A stretch of 64,000 nucleotides of DNA from Gemmatales bacterium. GTDB lineage: Bacteria; Planctomycetota; Planctomycetia; Gemmatales; HRBIN36. The notes beneath the pieces were generated by a model. It ran no database searches. It had not been told where the DNA came from and worked only from the letters and a program-made list of their open reading frames with translations. Made by a program: the position numbers and the translations under genes. This document shows positions 8,669-19,293 of the stretch, one piece after another; within the stretch, counting starts at the first letter, position 1, and each line of letters opens with the position of its first letter. Location: the NCBI GenBank assembly GCA_041640595.1, contig JBEPZY010000001.1, forward strand, positions 576,001 to 640,000, in the 5' to 3' direction.

Positions 8669-11600
8669 ATGTTCGACTGGATTATTGGAGCTTCCTTACG
8701 TAACCGTCAGCTGGTGCTTTTAGGAGCACTGGTGGTAGCTATTCTGGGCGGTTACTTGCTCGTAAACGCCTCCGTGGACATTTTCCCGGAACTGAATCGG
8801 CCCACCGTTCCTGTTGTCGTGGAGTATCCCGGTCGAGCACCCGAGGAAGTGGAACAGGATGTGACTCGCCCGCTTACTGCTTCTCTCCAGGGGGCTCCCG
8901 GGGTTCAGCAAATTATCGGGGGATCTTACCAGGGCGTGTCAGCAGTACAGGTGATCTTCGATTGGAACGTGGAACCGTTGGTTTGCCAGCAAATCGTGTC
9001 GCAGCGGATACCGTCGGCACGTTTGCCCAGCGATGCTACGGTGAATGTTTTGCCACCGTCAGCTATCCTCAACGACGTCTTTATTATCGGTTTGCGGTCG
9101 CGTAAATCCCCAGCCTCTTCCCAGGAAGTTCTGGCAACGCAGTTATTGATGCGCACTCTGGCCGATTGGCACATCCGACCAAAGCTATTTGTGCCCGGCG
9201 TCGCCAATGTGTTTGTCATCGGCGGCCTGGTTCGGCAATATCAGGTGCTTACAGACCCTGAGCGCCTGGCCCTCAACGACATCACGCTCGAAGACCTCAC
9301 CAAAGCCGTAGCCGCTGCATACGCAGCGACAGGCGGCGGACCGTTCATTGAACCACAGTCCGAAAAACTCACCCGGATCAGTGGGCCGATCCGACAGCCA
9401 CAGGATTTGGAACAAATCGCCATTCCTCGCCGCGATGGGTCAATCGTTCGGCTCAAGGAGGTGGCCGACGTCGTGGTTGCTGGGCCTATTCCGCGGGGCA
9501 GTGCTGCTCTGCATTACCGCCAGCACGATCCGGACGGCTCCATTCTCATAGACAATAGCCCGGCCATTACCATTGAGGTTCAGCGTCAGCCGGGGGCCAA
9601 CATCCTGGAAGTTACTCGCCGCCTCGAAACGGTTGTCCAGGAACTCCGTCAGGAAATTCAACGGATGTATCCGGATTTGCAGCTGGAGCTGGACGACCGA
9701 TTGTTTCGTCAGGCTGACTTTATCGAAGCCGCGATCTTCAACGTCAAAGAATCTCTGCGGGATGGCTTAGCCCTGGTGTGTGTCGTGCTGATTTTGTTTC
9801 TGGCTAATATCCGCACGGCACTGGTTACGCTCACAGCCCTGCCGTTATCCCTGGCGTTGTTCGCCGTGATCTTCGGTTTTCACAATGGGCAATGGAAACT
9901 GGTTATCAACACCATGACCCTGGGGGGTATCGCCATTGCGGTGGGGGAACTGGTAGATGACGCCATCGTGGACGTGGAAAACATCTTCCGCCGACTCAAG
10001 CAAAACCGCCAGTCCTCCGATCCCCGACCGGTTTTGGATGTGGTGCTGGATGCCTCGAAGGAAATCCGCAGCTCTATCGTCTATGCCACCATGATCGTGT
10101 GCCTGGTGGTGGCTCCGTTGTTGTTGCTGCCCGGGCTAACCGGAGCGATGTTCGCTCCGCTGGGACTGGCCTACGCTTCCTCGCTTATGGCATCGTTGCT
10201 GGTATCGCTCACGGTTACACCGGCGCTGGCATCTTACCTGCTCCCCTCGGCTCGCATCATGCATAAGCCAGGGGATTCATTCGTGGTTCGCTGGCTGAAA
10301 AAACTGGTACGTCCGTGCGTGCAGGCGGCGTTACGTCGCCCACGCTTAGTCCTGTCCATGGTCGGCGTGCTGGCCGTGGCAGCATTACTGGTGCTACCGT
10401 TTCTCGGCGGAACCTTTCTACCGCCTTTCAACGAGGATAACCTGGCCATCACCGTTACCGCTCCTTTAGGCGTTAGTCTGGATGAAGCGGCACGCATCGG
10501 GGATCGGGTGGCTCAAAGCTTGTTACAGGTGCCGGAAGTCGTTGCAGTCGCGCGTTACACTGGTCGAGCAGAGCAGGACGAAGAAGTAGCACCGATTAAC
10601 CTATCCCACCTGCAAGTCCGGCTGCTGCCCACACGCCGACCCAAGGAAGGGTGGTACTACCAAGTGCTGCGGTGGTTTCCCATCCTCGACAGATTCGGCT
10701 ACGAACATCCTGGTCGGCCCCGCGAGCAGGTTCTGGAAGATATACGCGACCGGCTGGCCTATTTTCCAGGAGTAGCCATCAACTTGGGTGGCCCCATCTC
10801 GCATCAGCTTGATCACGTCATTGCAGGCACCGAAGCAGCAGTAGCTATCCGCGTTTACGGTCCCGACCTGGCAACGTTACGGTTACTTGCTGAACGCATT
10901 CTGAACATCTTGCGGCAAACGCCTGGCGTGGTTGACGCCCGCCCAGCTCAGCCCATCGAGGAGATGGATCAGATTCGCATCCGTGTCAATCAGCAACTGG
11001 CCGGGCAGTACGGCCGCAGCAGTGCTGAAATCGCACAGCTATTGGAGACCGCTCTGGCTGGTCGGAAAGTGCAGTTCATTCCCGAAGGTAATGCACGCAC
11101 CGCATTGGTGGTCTGGTACACCCCGGAAGCTCGCCGGCACTTTGACGTCATTCGCCAGACCCTCGTAGATACGCCCTTTGGCCGTGTACCGCTGGAACAG
11201 CTGGCCGACGTCGAATACGTCAGCGGGGCCTTTTCCCTGTATCTGGAAAAACAGCAGCGCCGGCTTATGCTGGCATGCAACATTGCAGCAGCCGATATGA
11301 CCAGCGTCGTTGAGGAGATTAAACGCCGCGTGGCCGAGCTGGAGTTCCCGCCAGGTTATTCCGTGGAGTATAGCGGCCAATACGAAGAGCGCGAGAAAGC
11401 CGGTCGCTATATATGGTTTTTGTACCCAGTTGTTCTGCTGGCCATTGTGGTATTACTGTGGCGGTGTCTCGGTTCCTGGCGTGCGGCTTTTCTGGTCATG
11501 ACTAACGTCCCTCTCGCCTGCATTGGTGCCATCATCACATTGCTAGCTTTGCATCCGCCGACCTGGCAGGAGTTGCAAAGTCACGCTTGGACGGAGTGGC

Positions 11601-12295
11601 TCGACCTCTGGTTCAGCAAAACCAGTCTGTCACTGGCGCACTGGATCGGTTTTATCACGCTGACCGGAATCGTCAGCCGCAACGGGATCATGATGATCTC
11701 CCACTACCTTCACCTTATGCGTTACGAAGGCGAGAGCTTCGACGAGAAAATGATTATACGCGGAACACTGGAACGCTTAGTGCCGATGCTCATGACAGCT
11801 CTAACTACTGTTCTCGGGCTGACCCCTCTACTGCTGGGTGCGAATGAACCGGGCCGGGAGATACTTCATCCTTTGGCTGTTGTTGTAGCCAGCGGCCTGC
11901 TCTGGGCGACCGTCTTGGATCAAATCGTCACACCTGCTTTGTTTTTCGTGTTTGGTCGCAAAGTTTATTCAAACATCGCAGCTCAGGCGTCGCCTAAAGA
12001 GGTTGCGGCCACCACCCCCGCTAAGGGTACATACCAGGACAGTGCAAAGTCTGCACTTCCACAAACCGGTTCGCCAATATCACCGGAACCACTTGCCAGC
12101 GATTCACAAAAAAGTCCAGCATATACGTCGGGTGGGCAAACTACCGGCGACGAACAGCCGGCTGCTGCTATACCCGCTCCTCCTGCTGCTGAGTCTGTTG
12201 CCGAAAATGGGCAGCCGCAAGTAGCGAATCAGCCCGCTACTAAGAACCAAACCGCCGAAAATACCGGCTGCGGAGACAAATCGGATGTCCGCTAA
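8669..12295 (+). CDS. CusA/CzcA-family heavy-metal efflux RND permease
   Basis: VDIFPELNRPTV, NTMTLGGIAIAVGELVDDAIVDVENI, FLPPFNE, RNGIMMI, ERLVPMLMTALTT, HPLAVVV. Confidence 0.93.
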   Translation: MFDWIIGASLRNRQLVLLGALVVAILGGYLLVNASVDIFPELNRPTVPVVVEYPGRAPEEVEQDVTRPLTASLQGAPGVQQIIGGSYQGVSAVQVIFDWNVEPLVCQQIVSQRIPSARLPSDATVNVLPPSAILNDVFIIGLRSRKSPASSQEVLATQLLMRTLADWHIRPKLFVPGVANVFVIGGLVRQYQVLTDPERLALNDITLEDLTKAVAAAYAATGGGPFIEPQSEKLTRISGPIRQPQDLEQIAIPRRDGSIVRLKEVADVVVAGPIPRGSAALHYRQHDPDGSILIDNSPAITIEVQRQPGANILEVTRRLETVVQELRQEIQRMYPDLQLELDDRLFRQADFIEAAIFNVKESLRDGLALVCVVLILFLANIRTALVTLTALPLSLALFAVIFGFHNGQWKLVINTMTLGGIAIAVGELVDDAIVDVENIFRRLKQNRQSSDPRPVLDVVLDASKEIRSSIVYATMIVCLVVAPLLLLPGLTGAMFAPLGLAYASSLMASLLVSLTVTPALASYLLPSARIMHKPGDSFVVRWLKKLVRPCVQAALRRPRLVLSMVGVLAVAALLVLPFLGGTFLPPFNEDNLAITVTAPLGVSLDEAARIGDRVAQSLLQVPEVVAVARYTGRAEQDEEVAPINLSHLQVRLLPTRRPKEGWYYQVLRWFPILDRFGYEHPGRPREQVLEDIRDRLAYFPGVAINLGGPISHQLDHVIAGTEAAVAIRVYGPDLATLRLLAERILNILRQTPGVVDARPAQPIEEMDQIRIRVNQQLAGQYGRSSAEIAQLLETALAGRKVQFIPEGNARTALVVWYTPEARRHFDVIRQTLVDTPFGRVPLEQLADVEYVSGAFSLYLEKQQRRLMLACNIAAADMTSVVEEIKRRVAELEFPPGYSVEYSGQYEEREKAGRYIWFLYPVVLLAIVVLLWRCLGSWRAAFLVMTNVPLACIGAIITLLALHPPTWQELQSHAWTEWLDLWFSKTSLSLAHWIGFITLTGIVSRNGIMMISHYLHLMRYEGESFDEKMIIRGTLERLVPMLMTALTTVLGLTPLLLGANEPGREILHPLAVVVASGLLWATVLDQIVTPALFFVFGRKVYSNIAAQASPKEVAATTPAKGTYQDSAKSALPQTGSPISPEPLASDSQKSPAYTSGGQTTGDEQPAAAIPAPPAAESVAENGQPQVANQPATKNQTAENTGCGDKSDVR

Positions 12296-13886
12296 TTCGC
12301 CTGCAAACCTAAAGCGGCGATGGATTGATCGCTTCCTGGACGCGATTCAATGGGCGGGCAACAAGCTTCCTGACCCGGCACTGATTTTCCTGTGGGCTTT
12401 GCTTCTGGTATGGGTGTTATCCGCGTTGCTATCACCTATAGAGTTCAAATATGTGGACCCGCGAACAGCAGGCCCGGGAAAAGAACCGCAGCCGATTCGC
12501 GTCCAGAATCAACTTAGTGGAACTGCGTTAACTGATTTCCTGGTCAACTTAGTGGACACTTTTGTTCGCTTTCCACCTCTGGGCGTAGTCTTGGTCGCTT
12601 TATTAGGTGTCGGCGTTGCCGAACATACAGGTTTTATTAGTGCGCTGATCAAGGCCTTGTTGGCGATCACCCCGAAGCGGCTGCTCACACCCATGCTGTT
12701 AGTTGTGGCGATCATGAGCCATTCCGCTGGTGATACGGGCTATGTGCTGGTTATTCCGCTGGGCGGCATGATCTTCGCAGCAGCTGGTCGGCACCCATTG
12801 GCAGGTATTGTCTGCGCGTTCGCTGGTGTTTCGGGTGGCTTTAGTGCGAATTTCCTTCCTTCCGGGCTGGACCCGCTTTTACAAGGTTTTACACAGTCGG
12901 CAGCGCAAATCATTGAACCGGGGCGCCAGGTTAATCCCTTGTGTAATTACTGGTTTATGTCCGGCTCCTCAATCTTGATTGTGCTGGCGGGCTGGTATAT
13001 CACCGACCGCATTATTGAACCGCGCCTGGCGAACTTTTCGATCGAGCAGGAACAACCGGATACGCCCAGACTGGATTTCTTGAGTCCGCAGGAGCGCCGC
13101 GGACTGGTAGCAGGAATTTTGACCGTTCTAATAGGGGCAGTCGCGTTGATCTTAGCCTGCGTACTGCCCGAAAAATCTCCGTTGGCTTCACCAAGGGGTA
13201 GTTTTTCCGATCATGACGCCCCACTGATGAAAGCGATAGTGCCATTGATTTTCCTGTTTTTCCTATTCCCTGGTGTCATTTACGGAATAGTGGCAGGTAC
13301 GGTGAAATCGCATCGGGATATCATTCAGGGCATGTCGAAGTCTATGCAAACTATGGGATATTATCTTGTCCTTGCGTTTTTCGCAGCACAGTTTACTTAT
13401 GCGTTTGCCAGGTCTAATCTTGGAGCATTGCTGGCAATATCCGGTGCGGAATTCCTCAAGGACCTGCGTATGCCGAACCAACTAACTCTGGTCGGCATTA
13501 TCATCCTTTCGACTACAGTCAACCTGCTAATCGGCTCAGCCTCAGCCAAATGGGCGATTTTGAGTCCGATTTTTGTTCCGATGCTTATGCAACTTGGTGT
13601 CTCGCCAGAGCTAACGCAGGCGGCTTACCGTATCGGCGACTCCAGCACGAACATCATAACTCCGCTATTGCCTTATTTTCCCCTTATAGTGGCTTATGCC
13701 CAGCGCTATGTCAAGCAGGTCGGCGTTGGCACCTTGATTTCGCTAATGCTTCCTTACGCGATGACTTTCCTGGTCGCCTGGACAGTTTTGCTCATGATCT
13801 GGTGGCAGCTTGGCTTACCATTGGGGTTACCAACAGTTTGGGGACCGCAAGGTTATACTTACTCGTCGCCCGTGCATGGCCAATAA
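12285..13886 (+). CDS. AbgT family transporter
   Basis: GNKLPDPA, FPPLGVVLV.LLGVGVAE.TG, GRHPLAG, GSASAKW, AYRIGDSSTNIITPL. Confidence 0.95.
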   Translation: MSANSPANLKRRWIDRFLDAIQWAGNKLPDPALIFLWALLLVWVLSALLSPIEFKYVDPRTAGPGKEPQPIRVQNQLSGTALTDFLVNLVDTFVRFPPLGVVLVALLGVGVAEHTGFISALIKALLAITPKRLLTPMLLVVAIMSHSAGDTGYVLVIPLGGMIFAAAGRHPLAGIVCAFAGVSGGFSANFLPSGLDPLLQGFTQSAAQIIEPGRQVNPLCNYWFMSGSSILIVLAGWYITDRIIEPRLANFSIEQEQPDTPRLDFLSPQERRGLVAGILTVLIGAVALILACVLPEKSPLASPRGSFSDHDAPLMKAIVPLIFLFFLFPGVIYGIVAGTVKSHRDIIQGMSKSMQTMGYYLVLAFFAAQFTYAFARSNLGALLAISGAEFLKDLRMPNQLTLVGIIILSTTVNLLIGSASAKWAILSPIFVPMLMQLGVSPELTQAAYRIGDSSTNIITPLLPYFPLIVAYAQRYVKQVGVGTLISLMLPYAMTFLVAWTVLLMIWWQLGLPLGLPTVWGPQGYTYSSPVHGQ

Positions 13887-14133
13887 AACGCACAATTTTC
13901 GCCTCGCAGAAAAATTTCACCCGTAGGCTAAGCCTGCTCCGACCGTTTTCACCGATTTTTGCCTGACCAAAGTTTGCGTTCTAATCTTTTGCAGAAGCAT
14001 ATTGCCGATCTGATAGCAAGCATCAGCAGCGGAATTAGCCTGATGCTTCTGCCGCCAACGACTGCATCTTTGGTCCTGGTTCGCAAATTATTCCGACCAT
14101 AATGCCGCAACGAAAGGTCAAAGCAGGAACGCC

Positions 14134-16479
14134 ATGAACGTCGGCTCAAAGCATGAATTAGCCTCTAGCCGTTCGTCATCTTTACTGCGCCGCGGCTCTC
14201 TCACGGGAGAACCGTTGGGTAACCCAACGGCCGCATCTAAGTGCGCTGCACAAGGCCAAACCGTTATTGTCAACCCTGCTCAACTGTTGCTTCAAGAGCT
14301 AATGCGAGAAAAGTTGCTGCTGCCTGACGACCTGGATAGTTTAAATGAAGACCAGTTGACGGCTCTATACAGGACAACGGAAAGGGAGCAAGCTCTAGCA
14401 CAACTGGTCGAATTTGGCCTTTTGACGCCCTACCAGGCGGAACGTATCGAGTCGGGTAAACTTCACGGTTTGGTTCTGGGCAATTATCGTGTTCTGGACC
14501 GGATCGGCTCAGGGGGTATGGGCACGGTTTATAAGGCTGAGCATATACAATTGCGTCAGCTGGCGGCAGTTAAAGTCGTGGCCATACATACGGAACGTGG
14601 GGACTGGCAACGGCTATTAATGCGGTTTCGCTCAGAAATTCGTGCAGTAGCACAGCTTCGTCATCCTAATATCGTGCAGGCTCTGGACGCCGGTGAAATA
14701 CCACCCCCTGATAGCGAATCCCCGGCGTTATGTTATTACGTCATGGAATTCGTTCAGGGACAGGACTTGGAAACATTAGTAAGTCAGCAAGGGCCTTTGC
14801 CAATCGGGCAGGCATGCGAGATCATTTATCAGGTTGCCTCAGCGCTTCACGAAATCCACTGTCATCGTCTGGTGCATAGGGACATTAAACCCTCTAATAT
14901 TATTCTCACCGCTGAAGGCAAAGCTAAGTTGCTGGATTTCGGACTGGTTCGGCATTTGCGGCACCGAGTAACAGAAGTGGGCACGGTGCTGGGAACTATT
15001 GATTACATGGCCCCCGAACAGGCTTCCGACGCCAGCAGTGTTGACATTCGTGCTGACATATATAGTCTCGGTGGCACGTTGTTCTGGTGCTTAACCGGCC
15101 GACAACCCTTCCCCTCGCAGGGGAATCTGGCAGAAGATTTACTGCTTCGGCGAAAGCAGATGCCGCCTTCTGCGCGAGCATTACGACCGGAGATACCGCC
15201 TGCTCTCGATGCGGTGATTGCTACCATGCTGCATCCGGATCGGGAAAAGCGATATCCCGAACCGAAGGCGGTCATGAACGCACTATTGCCCTATCTTCGT
15301 TTGGAACAGGTGTCGGCAGTGCTGCATCCAACGCATCCGGGTGATAGTGGGAAGGCGAACCCTGCTAGCTCGCAGCAGACGAAACGGATTCTAATCATTG
15401 ACGATGAACTACCAATTCGAGAGTTTTGTCGGCACGCCTTACAGCAGGGCGGTTTTGCCTGTGAAACAGCGGAGAATGCTAGCCAGGGACTCGCTATGAT
15501 CTCCAGCAAGCCTTTCGATCTGATTCTCCTGGACTGGAATTTGCCCGATATAGAAGGTCCAGAAGTGGTTGCTCGTGTTAGAGCTATGTCTGTGTCTCCA
15601 TACCTGAAAATCGTTATGATTTCCGGCCGTATCAGTGGCGAGGAATTGTCGCAGGCCTTGATGCGCGGTGCCGATGATTATTTGTGCAAGCCTTTTAGTT
15701 TACAGGAGATGCTCAGTCGTGTCAAAGCTGCGTTAGCATTGAAAGAGGCTCAGGAAACCATGCAAACCATGATGAGCTACCTTGCTGATGCTAACGCGCG
15801 GCTGGAACAAAACTTGACCAGTACGAGCGGCGAGTTGGCGCAGTTGCAGAATATCTTCGTACAAGTGATGGCTTTGGCGACTAATTACCGCGATACAAAT
15901 GCCCGCCGGCATCCTCAGCGTATGGCACGATATGCTCGCCGGCTTGCGGAGGCAGCTTCCTTACTTCCAGCTTTTGCAGGTGAAATTGACGAGCAATATA
16001 TTCGCCGCCTCGAAGTCGCTATCCCTTTGCATGATTTAGGCAAGGTCGGATTGCCTGACCACATACGTTTCAAGGATACCTTATTGAGTCCGGAAGAACG
16101 GTTGCTTATGCAAACGCACACTATTATCGGGCACGAAATATTGACCGAGGTAGCTAAACAATACCAGGGTCGTGCTTTTGATTTCATTCGCATGGCTGCC
16201 GAGATTGCCCGTCATCATCATGAACGATTCGATGGCAACGGGTATCCAGACGGCCTGGCCGGTAAAGATATCCCGTTATCGGCACGCATCACTGCTATCT
16301 GCGATACCTATGACGCCTTATGTTCGCCGCGACCTTATCGTCCGGCTTTACCCCATGAAACTGCCGTGCTTATGATCCTGAAAAACTCGCCTGGACAGTT
16401 CGATCCTGATTTACTCATAGCATTCGAACAAGTTGCGGCAGATTTCGCCGCTATTTTCCGAGAATTACCACCCAACTAA
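14134..16479 (+). CDS. Ser/Thr kinase-receiver-HD-GYP fusion protein
   Basis: Kinase GSGGMG/HRDIKPSN/DFG/APE; REC ILIIDDE/LLDWNLP/YLCKP; HD-GYP LHDLGK/HHHERFDGNGYP/RPYR; start uncertain. Confidence 0.9.
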   Translation: MNVGSKHELASSRSSSLLRRGSLTGEPLGNPTAASKCAAQGQTVIVNPAQLLLQELMREKLLLPDDLDSLNEDQLTALYRTTEREQALAQLVEFGLLTPYQAERIESGKLHGLVLGNYRVLDRIGSGGMGTVYKAEHIQLRQLAAVKVVAIHTERGDWQRLLMRFRSEIRAVAQLRHPNIVQALDAGEIPPPDSESPALCYYVMEFVQGQDLETLVSQQGPLPIGQACEIIYQVASALHEIHCHRLVHRDIKPSNIILTAEGKAKLLDFGLVRHLRHRVTEVGTVLGTIDYMAPEQASDASSVDIRADIYSLGGTLFWCLTGRQPFPSQGNLAEDLLLRRKQMPPSARALRPEIPPALDAVIATMLHPDREKRYPEPKAVMNALLPYLRLEQVSAVLHPTHPGDSGKANPASSQQTKRILIIDDELPIREFCRHALQQGGFACETAENASQGLAMISSKPFDLILLDWNLPDIEGPEVVARVRAMSVSPYLKIVMISGRISGEELSQALMRGADDYLCKPFSLQEMLSRVKAALALKEAQETMQTMMSYLADANARLEQNLTSTSGELAQLQNIFVQVMALATNYRDTNARRHPQRMARYARRLAEAASLLPAFAGEIDEQYIRRLEVAIPLHDLGKVGLPDHIRFKDTLLSPEERLLMQTHTIIGHEILTEVAKQYQGRAFDFIRMAAEIARHHHERFDGNGYPDGLAGKDIPLSARITAICDTYDALCSPRPYRPALPHETAVLMILKNSPGQFDPDLLIAFEQVAADFAAIFRELPPN

Positions 16480-16656
16480 CCACTTAGGCAATACCCTGTG
16501 ATAGCATCCTTGAATGTGGATCAGTTTAGCTGATAAGAACCACGGTCCAAGTCACAAAATCCGGCTATGGTCAGAAAACGCACAGGTGATTAAGTGGACT
16601 TTCCAAAAAGCAAATTAGGAAGGAAATTATTCGCCGTTAGCGTTTCGCACGGAAGT

Positions 16657-18252
16657 TCATTTTCGTACAGGTTGATGGCGGATTGGCTTGCCTGGCAGGT
16701 TATTGAGATACTTGCCATCTGCAAGCACAGGTTGGCCGTTTACGAAGAGATAGTGTACCCCTTTGGCATACTGGTGGGGTTTCTCATAGGTGGCAGTGTC
16801 GCGGAATGTTTTGGGGTCGAAGACAACAATGTCGGCATAATAACCAACGCGCAAATAGCCACGCTGAGGTAAACCCAGTATATCCGCCGGCAAGCCACTC
16901 GCAGACCGAATCGCTTGTTCAAGCGATATAAGCTTCTCTTCGATAGCGTAACGTCCGATCTTTCGCGGGAAGGTACCGTAGTGGCGTGGATGAATTACTG
17001 CAGGTGAGGGAAGTGTGGCGCTTCCATCACTCGCGGTAGCCACCCATTCTTGTTGCATATACAGGCGAACATCCTCCTCGTTCATACCGAAATTGACTAC
17101 CGAGGCCCCGCCGTTGCGTTCTATTTCGACGACCAGGTCTAAGACAGGGCGCTTTTCTTCTCGTGCTATCTGGGCAAGCGATTTTCCATTCCACTCCGGC
17201 CGTTTTGCGTAGTTGGCGATTCTGACGGATTCGCCATCCTGGTGACGCTCGATACTTCGCTGAATCGCTTGCCGCATCTTGGGCCCATGCTCTGAATCAT
17301 CCAGGCGTTTCAACATATCCTGACGGGAGCCTTCACGATATAGGGGCGGGATCAAGGTGGCTGCCAGCGATGTGCTACTTGCGATATAGGGATACTGGTC
17401 GGCAGTGACGCGCAGGCCCGAATCTCGCGCTTTGCGAATCAGCTGAATTGCATCAGCAGCCTTACCCCAGGCAAGGCGGCCGGAGCACTTGATATGCGAT
17501 ATATGTACAGGAAGCCCCGCCTTATAACCTATGGTGATCGCTTCTTGAATGGCCTCTAATAAACCAGCACCTTCGTCGCGGATATGACTCGCATAGATAC
17601 CCTGATGGCGAGCTACCACGCTTGCCAGAGCAATAAGCTCATCGGTTCGCGCATAACACCCGGGATTGTAAATCAGGCCTGTCGAGATTCCCCAAGCACC
17701 ATCCAGCATAGCTCGCTCCACCAGTTCCTGCATTCGGCGGAGTTCTTCCGCTGAAGGGGGCCGGTTAACATTGCCCATGACGTAACTTCGCAAGCTATTA
17801 TGGGGAATCAGATGACAGACATTCGTGCCGGCTCCGTTTTTCTCGATCTCGCCATAATATTCGGCTACGCGAATTGGACCTGAGCCGCAATTCCCCGTAA
17901 CGATCGTTGTGACACCTTGATACAGATAATTGAGGTTGGAGCGTGTGTTTTTTTGCAGAATAGAATTATCGCTGTGCGTATGCAGGTCTATAAAACCGGG
18001 AGCGACCACCATTCCCTGAGCGTGGATTGTCTTCGGCGCTCCTTTTACCTGAAAGCGCCCGATGGCCACAATGCGTCCGTCTTTGATAGCCAGATCGGCT
18101 ATTATCGGCTTGGCTCCACTGCCGTCGTAGAGTGTTCCGCCAACTAAGACATAGTCGGCTTCTACTTCCGGCAATGCCTGGGCGCAGGCGAATATGGCCA
18201 TCAGCAGGGAAAGCAAGGTCGCCAGGCTCACACCTATCTGTCGCATGCTCAT
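16657..18252 (-). CDS. N-acyl-D-amino acid deacylase family amidohydrolase, secreted
   Basis: APGFIDLHTHSD, GVTTIVTGNCG, SHIRDE, HISHIK, DQYPY, HPRHYGTFPR; signal peptide; AGGAGG SD. Confidence 0.92.
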   Translation of the reverse strand: MSMRQIGVSLATLLSLLMAIFACAQALPEVEADYVLVGGTLYDGSGAKPIIADLAIKDGRIVAIGRFQVKGAPKTIHAQGMVVAPGFIDLHTHSDNSILQKNTRSNLNYLYQGVTTIVTGNCGSGPIRVAEYYGEIEKNGAGTNVCHLIPHNSLRSYVMGNVNRPPSAEELRRMQELVERAMLDGAWGISTGLIYNPGCYARTDELIALASVVARHQGIYASHIRDEGAGLLEAIQEAITIGYKAGLPVHISHIKCSGRLAWGKAADAIQLIRKARDSGLRVTADQYPYIASSTSLAATLIPPLYREGSRQDMLKRLDDSEHGPKMRQAIQRSIERHQDGESVRIANYAKRPEWNGKSLAQIAREEKRPVLDLVVEIERNGGASVVNFGMNEEDVRLYMQQEWVATASDGSATLPSPAVIHPRHYGTFPRKIGRYAIEEKLISLEQAIRSASGLPADILGLPQRGYLRVGYYADIVVFDPKTFRDTATYEKPHQYAKGVHYLFVNGQPVLADGKYLNNLPGKPIRHQPVRK

Positions 18253-18373
18253 ACGCTGGCTCCTCCTTTGCGAGTGGTTCGGATAGATTCATGGTAGCTG
18301 AACTGATGCAAATCAGCCAGCGGCGTGAAAGAAAATGCTTGGAGCACCTTACGCGGGAAGTTCGACAATGACA

Positions 18374-18402
18374 TTTACGTACCTCACAAGGTGTATTAGA
18401 AT
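18374..18402 (+). promoter_or_regulatory. putative sigma70-type promoter
   Basis: TTTACG-N17-TAGAAT upstream of 18451. Confidence 0.4.
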
Positions 18403-18450
18403 GGCAATCAGGCGTGCAAGGGAATGAGAGGGCTCAAAGGAGGGTTAAGC

Positions 18451-19293
18451 ATGCAACGGCGAATGGCTCCAGCGCTGCTATTGTGGTACTTGATGCTGGC
18501 GATTAGCTGGCAGGTTTCCGCGCAGGAAAAGACCGCGCGTAAAGGAAGCTCAACTATAGAAGTCATGGGCACAGGTGTGGTTCGGTTGCCGGCAGAAGGA
18601 GCCAGGCTTTTTGTGAGTATCCGCATTCGTATGCCCACCCTGAAAGAAACGGCCGCTCAAGAAGAGCGCATGGTAGCTAAGCTGGAAGAAGCGTGGAAAC
18701 AGTGGAAAACCGGAACACTGACCTGGCGTCTGCTGGATCAGCAAATGCAAGCGTTGCGGCAATCGGATCCCAATCTGCCGGAAACGGACATTAGTGAGAT
18801 GCCGGTGGTCGGTTATGCAGCCTTGCGGCTGTACCAGCTGGAGCTTACCGGTTTGCAGGGACGGGATTTGCAGGAGGCAGTACGCAACCTGCAAAAGCTG
18901 GCTTTGGAACATGGGGCTACACCGGGATTTCTTCCTCGAACGCCATCAAGCGTAGTGCGAATTATCGAACCGGATCACCTGGCCAAAGCTCGTGAGGTGG
19001 TTTACTTTGTCAGGGATGCTGAGGCTGCTTACAGAGAAGCGTTGAAAAAAGCCCAGGCCAATGCTTTAGCCAAAGTGCAGGCGTTAGTCGGGAACCGCTC
19101 CCCGACTCAGATAACTATCGAGGAGGAAATGGGGCGAAATTTTATCGACGGACATGTGTCCGGTATTACGGAGCAATTAACCTTAGAGCAGCTTGGTTTT
19201 GCCGATGAATCGGTTGGTCGAGGTTCCGAGCGTGTCTCGAGTACGCCGGAGATCGAGATTATTGCGAGAGTGCGAGTAACTTGCGAATTCTGA
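18451..19293 (+). CDS. SIMPL (DUF541)-like periplasmic protein
   Basis: Signal peptide; TIEVMGTGVVRLP; AYREALKKA..NA..K; C-terminal EIIARVRVTCEF; AAGGAGG SD. Confidence 0.65.
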   Translation: MQRRMAPALLLWYLMLAISWQVSAQEKTARKGSSTIEVMGTGVVRLPAEGARLFVSIRIRMPTLKETAAQEERMVAKLEEAWKQWKTGTLTWRLLDQQMQALRQSDPNLPETDISEMPVVGYAALRLYQLELTGLQGRDLQEAVRNLQKLALEHGATPGFLPRTPSSVVRIIEPDHLAKAREVVYFVRDAEAAYREALKKAQANALAKVQALVGNRSPTQITIEEEMGRNFIDGHVSGITEQLTLEQLGFADESVGRGSERVSSTPEIEIIARVRVTCEF

